Virus record (IMG/VR): IMGVR_UViG_2645727714_000001
Location: 26,034 to 90,033 of that record
Length of the DNA: 64,000 nucleotides
Direction: 5' to 3' (one strand)
Source: a virus
Lineage: Duplodnaviria > Caudoviricetes
Positions 1 through 7,813 of this stretch are shown piece by piece. Position 1 is the stretch's first letter, and each line of letters begins with the position of its first letter. The notes beneath the pieces were generated by a model, which saw only the letters and a program-made list of their open reading frames with translations, had not been told where the DNA came from and ran no database searches. The translations under genes were made by a program, and so were the position numbers.

Positions 1-288
1 ATGAGCCTGCGGACCTGCTTCCAGGGCCTGCGCATGGTTGCCAGGGTCGACGACGGCGGATCGTCGTTCGACGACCAGGACCTGCCGGTCGCCAGCGACC
101 GGGTGCTCGACCCGCTGCCGCCCGCGGCCCCAGGCGACCCGGACACGCTGCTGGAGGTCCGGGTGCTCCTGCCCGAGCGCGATCGCGAGGGAGCGCAGCT
201 CCTGGAGGACGCGCTGAGGGCCAGGCCCGGGGACTGGGTGATGCACTCCCGGAGGGTCCCAGGCTCTGGTCCGGCGGAGCGGTCATGA
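1..288 (+). CDS. hypothetical protein
   Basis: ORF with ATGA overlap to the next gene. Confidence 0.55.
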   Translation: MSLRTCFQGLRMVARVDDGGSSFDDQDLPVASDRVLDPLPPAAPGDPDTLLEVRVLLPERDREGAQLLEDALRARPGDWVMHSRRVPGSGPAERS

Positions 289-551
289 ACCTGCTCGCCC
301 GCATCCAGAAGGTGCTCGACCCGCGCTGCGACCACATCGACTGTGGTGAGCCGTTGCGTGGCGACCGCCTGACGCTTCCGGTACGGCTCTCCGACAGGGC
401 CGCGGATGTGCTGGGCCGCCGCCATGTCGAGTTCCACGCCGACTGTGCCAACAGCAGCCACCTGCTGGCCGGTGGCGACGAGTCGTGGCAGGTCGACCAG
501 GACGCCGTCAACCGGGCCCTCGGCCTGGTGCCACCAGTGGGGCCGTCATGA
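285..551 (+). CDS. hypothetical protein (Cys/His-containing)
   Basis: ATGA overlaps at both ends. Confidence 0.6.
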   Translation: MNLLARIQKVLDPRCDHIDCGEPLRGDRLTLPVRLSDRAADVLGRRHVEFHADCANSSHLLAGGDESWQVDQDAVNRALGLVPPVGPS

Positions 552-832
552 CCTTCCATCCATTCTCCGGCCTGTTCGCGCCTGGTGAGGGTCCGGGTCT
601 GCATGGCGGCGTCGATGACGGTGTCTGCGCGTACGAGCATTCCGGTCGGTGGCGCTCGACGTCCTGCCGTTCGACCGACACAGTCGCCGTCGTGGCGGGC
701 GCCGGACCCCAAGGCGACGAGCCACTGCTGTGCAGGGATCACGTCGATGCGTGGGCTCAGACCCCTGAAGCGCGGGATGGCTTTCACAGGATCCACGAGT
801 TCGAACTCAAAACGTCCGCGGAGGATGGATGA
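548..832 (+). CDS. small putative Zn-binding protein, paralog A
   Basis: ATG at 548 overlaps the upstream stop; C..GRWR..CRS..EP.LC..H..WAQTP motif shared with the next ORF. Confidence 0.65.
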   Translation: MTFHPFSGLFAPGEGPGLHGGVDDGVCAYEHSGRWRSTSCRSTDTVAVVAGAGPQGDEPLLCRDHVDAWAQTPEARDGFHRIHEFELKTSAEDG

Positions 833-1137
833 CCGACGCCATGAGGTTCCATCCGATCGCCGGACTGCGGCGGTCGGGCGAGGGGCCCAACCTGAGCGAA
901 GACGCAGGCGATGCCTGCGCTTTCGAGGATCACGGCCGGTGGCGGACTACTCGATGCCGCTCGGCCGATGTCACCTCTGCCGTGGAGGGGTTTTCCCTCT
1001 ACGGGGAGCCGTATCTGTGCGCTCCGCACGCCGAGCAGTGGGCGCAGACTCCTGGCGTGCAGGCGGGGTGCCAAGCCATCTATCCGCTGTACCAACGCGG
1101 AGGGCCGCCGATTGACCTGGCGGGAGGCCGATCATGA
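829..1137 (+). CDS. small putative Zn-binding protein, paralog B
   Basis: GGAGG RBS, ATGA overlap, same motif as 548-832. Confidence 0.65.
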   Translation: MTDAMRFHPIAGLRRSGEGPNLSEDAGDACAFEDHGRWRTTRCRSADVTSAVEGFSLYGEPYLCAPHAEQWAQTPGVQAGCQAIYPLYQRGGPPIDLAGGRS

Positions 1138-1451
1138 ACCGCAGCCCAGGGTGGGCCGATCTGGGGCCGGATGCCCCCGACACCGAGGACGCCTACGGCG
1201 CGGTGTTCGGCATGCACCCGACACCCGGTCTGGTCGCTTACGACCTCCAGGGCGGTGGCTCCGACGGCGAGCCGCTCGCTCTGGTCGTGGGGAACGCGGG
1301 GCCCGGCGAGGGCTACGAGGCCCTGCCCGGGTTCGACCAGAGCTGGACCGTCACCCCCCAGAAGCGCGCGGCGGAGGGTGGCCCGCACGAGCCGGACTCC
1401 GAGGCCGACGACTGGGCTCCGGCCTCCGTCTACTACCGATACCTCCTCTGA
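1134..1451 (+). CDS. hypothetical acidic protein
   Basis: GGAGG RBS, ATGA overlap, followed by a hairpin. Confidence 0.6.
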   Translation: MNRSPGWADLGPDAPDTEDAYGAVFGMHPTPGLVAYDLQGGGSDGEPLALVVGNAGPGEGYEALPGFDQSWTVTPQKRAAEGGPHEPDSEADDWAPASVYYRYLL

Positions 1452-1456
1452 CGAGA

Positions 1457-1486
1457 CGGGCGGCCGGTCCCGCACCCGGCCGCCCG
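1457..1486 (+). terminator. GC-rich hairpin, putative terminator
   Basis: CGGGCGGCCGG ... CCGGCCGCCCG immediately after the stop codon. Confidence 0.5.
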
Positions 1487-1547
1487 CTCGCAGTCCACCC
1501 CCACCCTCGCCCGCACTCGGGGCGGACCCCACCATCAAGGACACTTC

Positions 1548-1673
1548 ATGATCAACACATTCGCGGCGGCCGTGGTCGCCATGCTCGCCACCGATGTCTC
1601 ACCCGCCGCTGGAATGATCGCCGCCGGACTGGCCTTCGTGGCCGTCCCGCTGCTGCGCGGGCGGTTCCGGTGA
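1548..1673 (+). CDS. 41-aa hydrophobic membrane peptide
   Basis: AAGGA RBS; MINTFAAAVVAMLATDVSPAAGMIAAGLAFVAVPLLRGRFR; GTGA overlap with the next ORF. Confidence 0.55.
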   Translation: MINTFAAAVVAMLATDVSPAAGMIAAGLAFVAVPLLRGRFR

Positions 1674-1987
1674 CCCCCGACTGGAGGAACACCGCCACTC
1701 GCGTCGGGCTCGGCGCGCTCGCCCCGTTTGTCTCTCCGGTTCTGCCGGAGGGGAACGACAGTGAGGTGCGCGAGCAGATCAGCTCCATCGCCCGCGACGG
1801 CGACAACCGCCTGCTGCCGGTGGTGGCCGGTGCCGCCGCGCTCGGCGCCCTGCGGACCCGGCGCGATCAACTCGCCCTGGAAGCCGGGCCGGAACGCCTT
1901 GCGCTCGAAGCCGGCCCCACGCCCCTGGAGCTGGAGTCCAGCGACGGGTGGACCCCTGACATGGACCCCGATCTGGGCTGGGCTTGA
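1670..1987 (+). CDS. hypothetical protein
   Basis: GTG start overlapping the upstream stop; protein-like C-terminal part of ORF 911-1987. Confidence 0.55.
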   Translation: MTPDWRNTATRVGLGALAPFVSPVLPEGNDSEVREQISSIARDGDNRLLPVVAGAAALGALRTRRDQLALEAGPERLALEAGPTPLELESSDGWTPDMDPDLGWA

Positions 1988-2052
1988 TGACCTCGCCCGA
2001 GGAGCTGCCCAGAGAGTGGGACCTCGTCGCCCGCGAAGGCGACGACCTTTAG

Positions 2053-2592
2053 ATGGACACGACCTTTGCCGTCCTGGGCGCGCTCCTCGGAACCGTCCAG
2101 GATCTGGCCCACCTGGACGTGACCGTCGGGTCCGTCCTGCTGGCTGCGGCTCTGGTGGCGGTGCCCGCTGGGCACGTTGACCGCTGGGTCGAGCGCAAGC
2201 GGTTCCGGGTGACCATGTGGCGCCACGGCTACAGCCGGCACCGCGAGTACGTGCGCGGGAGCGAGTGGAAGGATCGGCGGCGCCGGTACCTGCGCGAGCA
2301 CGACCCGGCCGAGTGCCGGCTGTGCGCGCGATCCTGGGAGCCGAAGTGGCCGCTGCACCACAAGAGCTACGAGCGCGCCGGTGGAGGCCAGGAGTTGGAC
2401 CGCGACCTGATCCCGGTGTGCGAGCGGTGCCACAGCTTCATTCACAGCCTCGACCACAAGCGTGGGCCGCTGCGCCGGCTCGGATTCTCGCTGCGGCTGA
2501 CCACCTGGGTGGCGATCGGACTGTGGCTGCCGGTGCGCCTGGCGCGCCGCACGGCCTCGCCGTCCGCGCCCACGGGGCAGGGCGAGCGCTGA
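2053..2592 (+). CDS. HNH endonuclease-like protein with hydrophobic termini
   Basis: EY.RG.EW...R...CRLC...HHKSY...DLIPVCERCH HNH signature. Confidence 0.75.
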   Translation: MDTTFAVLGALLGTVQDLAHLDVTVGSVLLAAALVAVPAGHVDRWVERKRFRVTMWRHGYSRHREYVRGSEWKDRRRRYLREHDPAECRLCARSWEPKWPLHHKSYERAGGGQELDRDLIPVCERCHSFIHSLDHKRGPLRRLGFSLRLTTWVAIGLWLPVRLARRTASPSAPTGQGER

Positions 2593-2708
2593 TGCCCGCG
2601 GAGGTGCCGCCGACCGGCGCCCGGGGCTTGCGCGTCGCCTCGGGCCCGGTACCGATAGCGTCGAAGCGTGACCTACACAGTGACTACAGCCGCAAGGGGG
2701 GCGAGGCG

Positions 2709-3089
2709 ATGACACCCGGCTCCATCGCCTCCGGCCCAGGGGAGCCCACCGAGCGGCCCGGAGTCACACCCACGGCCCGCGTACACCGCGGCCAGTTCGT
2801 CGAGCCTGTGGACGCCTGGGTCACGGCCGGGCCTGACCAGTGGTGGCGCATCCCCCTGGTGGATGTTCCCCCGCCGGCCCCCTCCGGGACGAAGAACAGC
2901 CCGGAGCGCAAGAGGGCCCTTACCCGCATCCGCAACGCTTGGGCGCGTGAGGTCAAGCGCCGCGTCGAGGCCGGGCAGATCAACGGCGAGTTCGTCTCGA
3001 TGACCGTGATGGCCGAGGGCCAGGAGTGGTTCTACTGGGGCCCGGCCGCCCCGGGCGAGCAGGCCCCCATCGGCGATCCCGAGGAATAG
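2709..3089 (+). CDS. hypothetical protein
   Basis: GAGG RBS before ATG; plausible protein composition. Confidence 0.5.
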   Translation: MTPGSIASGPGEPTERPGVTPTARVHRGQFVEPVDAWVTAGPDQWWRIPLVDVPPPAPSGTKNSPERKRALTRIRNAWAREVKRRVEAGQINGEFVSMTVMAEGQEWFYWGPAAPGEQAPIGDPEE

Positions 3090-3155
3090 CTCCACACCTG
3101 CATCTCGGGCGCGCCTGACGGAGTGTGACGAGATCTCTCGCTAGCCTCGCTGTCC

Positions 3156-4133
3156 GTGAGGGTGTTCGGGTGGGCGGCAGACGCCAGTGCGTGCGGCTAC
3201 TACCGGCTCGGCCTGCCGATTGACGCGCTCCGCTCCCGCGGCCACGAGGCACTGGTATCCACGGTGCTGCCCGAGGAGTGGGCGGACGCGGACATCATCG
3301 TCGGCCAGCGGGTGTGCCTCCCGGGCCCGTCGGCAACCTGGCAGCGCCTGGCCAGCGAGGGGCGGGCGCTGGTCTACGAGATCGACGACGACCTGTTCGA
3401 CCTGCACCCCACCAACCCAGCCCGCCAGGTCTTCGCGGACGCTGAGGTCCAGCGGCGCATCCGCGAGAACGCCGCCGCGGCCTCTCTCGTCACCGTGACC
3501 ACCGAGGCGCTGGCCGCGGTGATGCGTGAGATCAATCCGCGTGTGGCCGTGTTGCCCAACGCCATCCCCGGCTGGCTACTGGAGCGCACTCGCCCGCACC
3601 GAGAGCGGCTCACGATCGGCTGGGCCGGCTCGGCCACTCACCACGCGGATGTCGCTGAGGTCGCCGGTCACCTGCGCCGCTTCCTGGCTCGCCACCCCGA
3701 CGTGGCTATGCACCTGATGGGCACGGACTACACCGCCGCGCTCGGCCTGCCGACGGACCGCGTCCGCTACACCCCGTGGGCCATCGACGTCGCGGCCTAC
3801 CTGCGGATGGTGGACTTCGACATCGGCCTGGCTCCGCTGGCGCCGCATGCGTTCAACCGCTCGAAGTCAGCACTGCGCCCGCTCGAGCTGGGCGCCCTCG
3901 GCATCCCCGTGGTGGCAAGCGAGTACGGACCGTACGAGCGGTTCGTGCGCCACGGCGAGACAGGCTTCCTGGTGCGCCGTGACCACGAGTGGTCCACCCA
4001 CCTGCGGACCCTCGCGGCCGACGCCGAACTGCGCGAGCAGATGGGCACCAAGGCCCGCGCCCTGGCCGCCGAGCACGCGATCGAGGCCACCGTCGGTGCG
4101 TGGGAGGAGGCCTACCGTGCCCTACTCCAGTGA
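3156..4133 (+). CDS. glycosyltransferase (GT-B, family 4-like)
   Basis: CGYYR, YEIDDD, IGWAGS..H, DIGLAPL...FNRSKS.L+.LE...LGIPVVAS motifs; TAGCCT -10-like hexamer 8 nt before the GTG (leaderless?). Confidence 0.85.
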   Translation: MRVFGWAADASACGYYRLGLPIDALRSRGHEALVSTVLPEEWADADIIVGQRVCLPGPSATWQRLASEGRALVYEIDDDLFDLHPTNPARQVFADAEVQRRIRENAAAASLVTVTTEALAAVMREINPRVAVLPNAIPGWLLERTRPHRERLTIGWAGSATHHADVAEVAGHLRRFLARHPDVAMHLMGTDYTAALGLPTDRVRYTPWAIDVAAYLRMVDFDIGLAPLAPHAFNRSKSALRPLELGALGIPVVASEYGPYERFVRHGETGFLVRRDHEWSTHLRTLAADAELREQMGTKARALAAEHAIEATVGAWEEAYRALLQ

Positions 4134-4650
4134 ATGCGGGAAGGCCTGGATCACGTCCTGGCTGGCCGAGCTGGCCCCGGCCAGCGTGCTGGACATCGGC
4201 GCCGGCGCCGGCGGCTACGCGCGGATCTGCCGGCAGGCCTGCCCGGCCGCGCGCCTGACCGCGGTGGAGATCTGGGAGCCCTACGTGGCCCGGTTCGGCC
4301 TGGCCAGCCTGTACGACGAGGTGCTCGTCGGCGACGCGCGCACGCTGGCCCTGCCCGCGGTGGACGTCGTGATCCTCGGGGACGTCCTGGAGCACATGAT
4401 CGCCGCCGAGGCCGTGGAGCTGTGGGCCCGCGCCCGCGCGGCATCCCGGCTCGGGGTACTGGCCTCGCTGCCCGTGGTGCCGTACCCGCAGGGCGCGGTC
4501 GAAGGCAACCCGCACGAGGAACACAGGGAGACCTGGAGCCATGCCCGCGTGCTGGCCCGCCTGCCCGGGGTGGTGGCCAGCGACGTCGACGGCGACATCG
4601 GCGTGTACCTGGCCAGCCCGACCGAGGTGTCCGCGTGCCCCGCCGCCTAG
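4117..4650 (+). CDS. class I SAM-dependent methyltransferase
   Basis: VLDIGAGAG motif I, VEIW, GDVLEH; GTG start after GGAGGAGG. Confidence 0.85.
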   Translation: MPYSSECGKAWITSWLAELAPASVLDIGAGAGGYARICRQACPAARLTAVEIWEPYVARFGLASLYDEVLVGDARTLALPAVDVVILGDVLEHMIAAEAVELWARARAASRLGVLASLPVVPYPQGAVEGNPHEEHRETWSHARVLARLPGVVASDVDGDIGVYLASPTEVSACPAA

Positions 4651-4922
4651 GACCGATCGGCCGCCAGATCGACCCGATTCCCTCGAGCGTGCGGTTCACC
4701 CTCTCGCCGACCGCGGACCGGGACGCCTACCGCGCCGCGCTGCACATTGGCTGCGCTGTTGTCGGCCTCGGTGCGAGCCGTGACGAGCTCGCCGAGATGA
4801 TCGAGGCGGTCGGCCTGGAGCGGAGCGCGCTGGTGCACGGCCGGGGCGAGGAACGTGCCGCGCGGGCCGGCTCCAGCCCGCTACCGCCGGCCGGCGACCA
4901 CCGGCGCAGCGGCGGCCAGTAG
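4635..4922 (+). CDS. hypothetical protein
   Basis: GAGG RBS and GTG overlapping the methyltransferase 3' end. Confidence 0.5.
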   Translation: MPRRLGPIGRQIDPIPSSVRFTLSPTADRDAYRAALHIGCAVVGLGASRDELAEMIEAVGLERSALVHGRGEERAARAGSSPLPPAGDHRRSGGQ

Positions 4923-5312
4923 GCGCAGCGCCTGCACCGCGGGCTGGCCGTAGCCGGCAACCCGGGCGTACCAGTAGTACGTCTCCTCTGTGCTCATCCC
5001 CGCGATGCCCTGGGCGATCCGCTCGGCCTGCGCGGCGCCGGTGACCTGGGTGGCCAGTACCAGCGCGAGCCGCACCCCGGCCTCCTCCTCCAGCGGGATA
5101 GGGGTGGGGGTGCGCGAGCCCAGCACACTGGCCGGGTGCCCGCTGGCCCGCACGGCGGTGTGGATCGCCTCTCGGGCGCCCCGCGCCAGCGCCTTGCTGT
5201 CGGCGGCCAGGCGCAGACCCCTCCAGCCCGGCCCGTCCGCGCCGCGCAGCTCGGCGCTGGACAGCGCGCCGCCGATCCAGCGGGCGGCCAGAGTGAAGGT
5301 GCGCGCGGTCAT
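4881..5312 (-). CDS. DUF7680-like protein (small partner protein of DUF499/DUF1156-type loci)
   Basis: LEEEAGVRLAL...RIAQGIAGMSTEETYYWYA...ALRLL pattern recognised from memory; GGAGAG RBS. Confidence 0.6.
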   Translation of the reverse strand: MTARTFTLAARWIGGALSSAELRGADGPGWRGLRLAADSKALARGAREAIHTAVRASGHPASVLGSRTPTPIPLEEEAGVRLALVLATQVTGAAQAERIAQGIAGMSTEETYYWYARVAGYGQPAVQALRLLAAAAPVVAGRR

Positions 5313-5363
5313 GTCTGCTCTCCTCGCGGACGGGTTCCCCTACCGGACGGCTGTGATCAGGAG

Positions 5364-5394
5364 TCGGCCGCGCGCTAGGACGACGCGCGGCCGA
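5364..5394 (-). terminator. hairpin, putative terminator or processing stem
   Basis: TCGGCCGCGCG / CGCGCGGCCGA 11-bp stem. Confidence 0.45.
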
Positions 5395-5406
5395 GCCGCT
5401 TCAGCG

Positions 5407-5574
5407 TCAGACCCACTTCTGTCCAGGGATCTCCAGGAACGTCTGGACGTCGTTCTCGTCGCGGACCTCGAAGGCCTCCGCTCCGGTCTCGCGCCCGTAG
5501 GCGATGGCCTCCCCCTCGGTCGGGAAGTCCGCGGGCTGGTGGCCGTTGGGGTAGCAGGTGTAGGTGCGCTCCAT
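5407..5574 (-). CDS. hypothetical small protein
   Basis: AAAGGAG RBS; MERTYTCYPNGHQPADF... Confidence 0.65.
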   Translation of the reverse strand: MERTYTCYPNGHQPADFPTEGEAIAYGRETGAEAFEVRDENDVQTFLEIPGQKWV

Positions 5575-5622
5575 GGCGATCTCCTTTGCGTGCGGTTCAG
5601 GCGGCGGCAATCCGGGCGTGGG

Positions 5623-5919
5623 TTAGCAGAGCGGTCCGAGGTACCGGCCGTTCACGATTACGTTGGCGAAGCGCGTGCGGCCGTTCTCCGCCCAGTGCTC
5701 GGCGACGATGGCCCACGTCTCACGGGCCATGGCCCGCTCGTCCTCCGGGGTCGACATGCGGTCGACGCGAACAAGCAGCGTGGAGCACTGCGACGCGCGC
5801 TGGCTGGTCACGCTGATCACAGCCCCGGACAGGACGGAGCCCGCGACCTGACGGGCGCGGAGTGCGGTGCGGATCTTCTTCGCGGCGGTGGCGACGGCGG
5901 AGAGGGTTCGAGTGGTCAT
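5623..5919 (-). CDS. hypothetical protein
   Basis: GGAG RBS, clean ORF. Confidence 0.65.
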   Translation of the reverse strand: MTTRTLSAVATAAKKIRTALRARQVAGSVLSGAVISVTSQRASQCSTLLVRVDRMSTPEDERAMARETWAIVAEHWAENGRTRFANVIVNGRYLGPLC

Positions 5920-5985
5920 GGCGTGCTCCGTTCTCAGGCGGCGGCATCAGGCTTGGCAGGCGGGCGAGTGTCGAGATCGGCGAGG

Positions 5986-6025
5986 CCGCCCGCTGGCCGC
6001 CCGGAGGCGGGCGGCCAGCGGGCGG
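5986..6025 (-). terminator. perfect 18-bp hairpin
   Basis: CCGCCCGCTGGCCGCCCG-GAGG-CGGGCGGCCAGCGGGCGG directly after the 6028 stop. Confidence 0.65.
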
Positions 6026-6027
6026 AT

Positions 6028-6750
6028 TCAGGGCCGGCTGATGCCGTAGTCCCGGCGGCACCGGGCGGCGACCTTCTTGGCGCGCTGGGCGCGTTCGATG
6101 TCCGGCGTCGTGCCGTTCCGGTGCGAGATGGCCGCCAGGAACTGGTCCACGTACCAAGTCGCCTCGTCGACCAGGCCGGTGCCGCGGTAGCCGTATTCGC
6201 AGGCCATCAGGTACGCGGCTTGGTCGACGTAGTAGGCCTCCGCAGTCCGCACCGTGCGGATCACGGAGCCTCGAGGCTCCTCAAGGAGCGGCTCGCCCGC
6301 CGGGGTCGTGATCGCGCTGGCCTCCGCCTTGGCCCTTCGTGCCTTCGCGGCGTCCTCTCGGGCAGTGCGCGCGGCTTCCTCGGCGCGCTCCTCGTCGGTC
6401 TTGATCTGCGTCGGCCGTCGGCGGACCTCCACGGGGGCCTCCGGGAAGCAGACCGTGCAGGCCCGCTCTCCGGCCAGTTCGACAACCTCGCGCCGGGCCT
6501 TACCGGACAGGGCGGGGAGGAACACCTTCTGGGTGGTGGGGTAGCAGGTGTGGCAGGCGGTGCTGCTGTGGACATGGCCGCCGGGGACCACCCAGTAGCG
6601 GGTCCACGGGTCACGCCGGTACTGGTCGTCGATGGCCCGCTCGCGGCGCTTGAGCCGATCGAGCTCGGCCCGGAGGCGATCGGCCGTCCGCTGGATGCCG
6701 ACCAGTTCGGTGTCGATCTCGGTCGGCGTGGCGAGAGCATTCGTGGTCAC
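6028..6750 (-). CDS. conserved actinophage-type hypothetical protein (coiled coil plus H/C metal motif)
   Basis: WTRYWVVPGGHVHSSTACHTC...ACTVCFPEAP. Confidence 0.7.
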   Translation of the reverse strand: MTTNALATPTEIDTELVGIQRTADRLRAELDRLKRRERAIDDQYRRDPWTRYWVVPGGHVHSSTACHTCYPTTQKVFLPALSGKARREVVELAGERACTVCFPEAPVEVRRRPTQIKTDEERAEEAARTAREDAAKARRAKAEASAITTPAGEPLLEEPRGSVIRTVRTAEAYYVDQAAYLMACEYGYRGTGLVDEATWYVDQFLAAISHRNGTTPDIERAQRAKKVAARCRRDYGISRP

Positions 6751-6777
6751 GGTTCGGTCCCCTTCCGGGAGCGAGGG

Positions 6778-7146
6778 TCAGGCGGCGGCAGTGACAGCGC
6801 GGACGGCCTCGCCAGCCGAGGTGGACATCAGCCAGGCGACGGCAGTGTGGTAGCACCGGCGGCCGTGCTGCCCGGCGGTGCAGTCGCAGTGGGTCGCGGA
6901 GGCTCGGTAGATGGAGCCGGCGCTGCCGACGACGGCGAAGATCTTGTTGTCTCCCATGCCTGGCAGGTGGACGACCCCGCCCAGCTCGATGACCTCGATG
7001 GCCCTCTCCACCTGGCTGGCGGAGTAGCCGGCGGCCGTGAGGGCGGCGCGGCAGGCGCAGGCCGGGCCATAGCCGGCGGCGCGCGAGGCCTCCGTGTGGA
7101 GCGGGCGGTTGCACCCCTTGCAGCGGATGGTCTCCTGGGTGATCAC
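6778..7146 (-). CDS. zinc-finger protein (DUF6011-like N-terminus plus SWIM-like finger)
   Basis: CKGCNRPL...SRAAGYGPAC and CDC..GQHGRRCYH. Confidence 0.7.
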   Translation of the reverse strand: MITQETIRCKGCNRPLHTEASRAAGYGPACACRAALTAAGYSASQVERAIEVIELGGVVHLPGMGDNKIFAVVGSAGSIYRASATHCDCTAGQHGRRCYHTAVAWLMSTSAGEAVRAVTAAA

Positions 7147-7180
7147 GCGACCTCCAGCCTCTCTGACCTGCGGCGACCTC

Positions 7181-7259
7181 TAAATTGTAAATGGCCATGT
7201 GACAAAACGTCAAATAAAGATGTGATGTTCTGTCACATGGCCATGTTAAGATCGTGCGC
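7181..7259. promoter_or_regulatory. divergent promoter region with paired operators
   Basis: AT-rich; perfect 14-bp inverted repeat at 7191-7204 / 7231-7244; two TGTGA-N7-TCA(A/C)A palindromes; TACAAT (-) and TAAGAT (+) -10-like hexamers. Confidence 0.75.
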
Positions 7260-7571
7260 ATGGCAGGAGACGAGAGCGAGCTGGCCGCACTGGTGGCGGC
7301 TGTCAACGCCGCGCGTGAGCGCGAGAAGCAGGTGCGCGACGCCGCGCACCTGGACTACTGCCGGGCGATCCGCTCGCTGGTGAAGTACGAGGAGGACGCG
7401 CACGGCAAACACGGAGCCCAGCGTCGGGTGGGGCGCCACCTGAACATGTCCGCCCAGAACGTCGGGACGATGTTGGACCAGCTCTACAGGGCCGAGACTG
7501 GCCAGGAGCGCCCCAAGAAGCCGCGCGCCGCGCGAGCCGCGGCGACAGGGGGAGCGGCGAGCGATGCGTAG
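7260..7571 (+). CDS. putative HTH DNA-binding regulator
   Basis: AQRRVGRHLNMSAQNVGTML is helix-turn-helix-like; first gene after the operator. Confidence 0.55.
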   Translation: MAGDESELAALVAAVNAAREREKQVRDAAHLDYCRAIRSLVKYEEDAHGKHGAQRRVGRHLNMSAQNVGTMLDQLYRAETGQERPKKPRAARAAATGGAASDA

Positions 7572-7809
7572 GTCTTCGCTCACCGCCGAGGACCTGGAGC
7601 GCGCGAACCAGATCCGAGATCTCTTCACGCGAGCGAGCCGCACGACGGACACGCCGCCCGCGGTCCAGGCCGCAATGGAGGACGCGGTGCGCGGCAACCA
7701 CGGGCTCATCCAGTCGCACGGCCCGCTCATCGCGGCCGAGACACTCGTCGAGGTGGCGTTCCTTGCCGGCTACGCCGCGGGCGCGGCCGGACTGGATCTA
7801 GGGGCCTAG
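7564..7809 (+). CDS. hypothetical protein
   Basis: overlapping ORF with RBS. Confidence 0.55.
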   Translation: MRRSSLTAEDLERANQIRDLFTRASRTTDTPPAVQAAMEDAVRGNHGLIQSHGPLIAAETLVEVAFLAGYAAGAAGLDLGA

Positions 7810-7813
7810 GGAA

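Larger units (their letters stand above)
5597..6790 (-). repeat. three exact 13-bp direct repeats TGCCGCCGCCTGA (5597-5609, 5934-5946, 6778-6790)
   Basis: TCAGGCGGCGGCA read at all three positions on the + strand; each lies just upstream of an RBS and start on the - strand. Confidence 0.8.

Noticed and set aside
3156-4650. GT and MTase as hypermodifiers of the deazaguanine base
   Set aside because: preQ0 has no aminomethyl handle without QueF, and the genes lie about 30 kb from the dpd module; kept only as a minor possibility
5597-6790. Possible CRISPR-like or attC-type array
   Set aside because: Repeats are only 13 bp with whole genes between them and irregular spacing; no cas operon or integron integrase
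4990-7383. 797-aa + strand ORF and other long antisense ORFs (e.g. 27750-29774, 30429-33053, 62672-63928)
   Set aside because: Shadow frames of real opposite-strand genes, expected in high-GC DNA; low-complexity Arg/Gly/Pro translations without motifs
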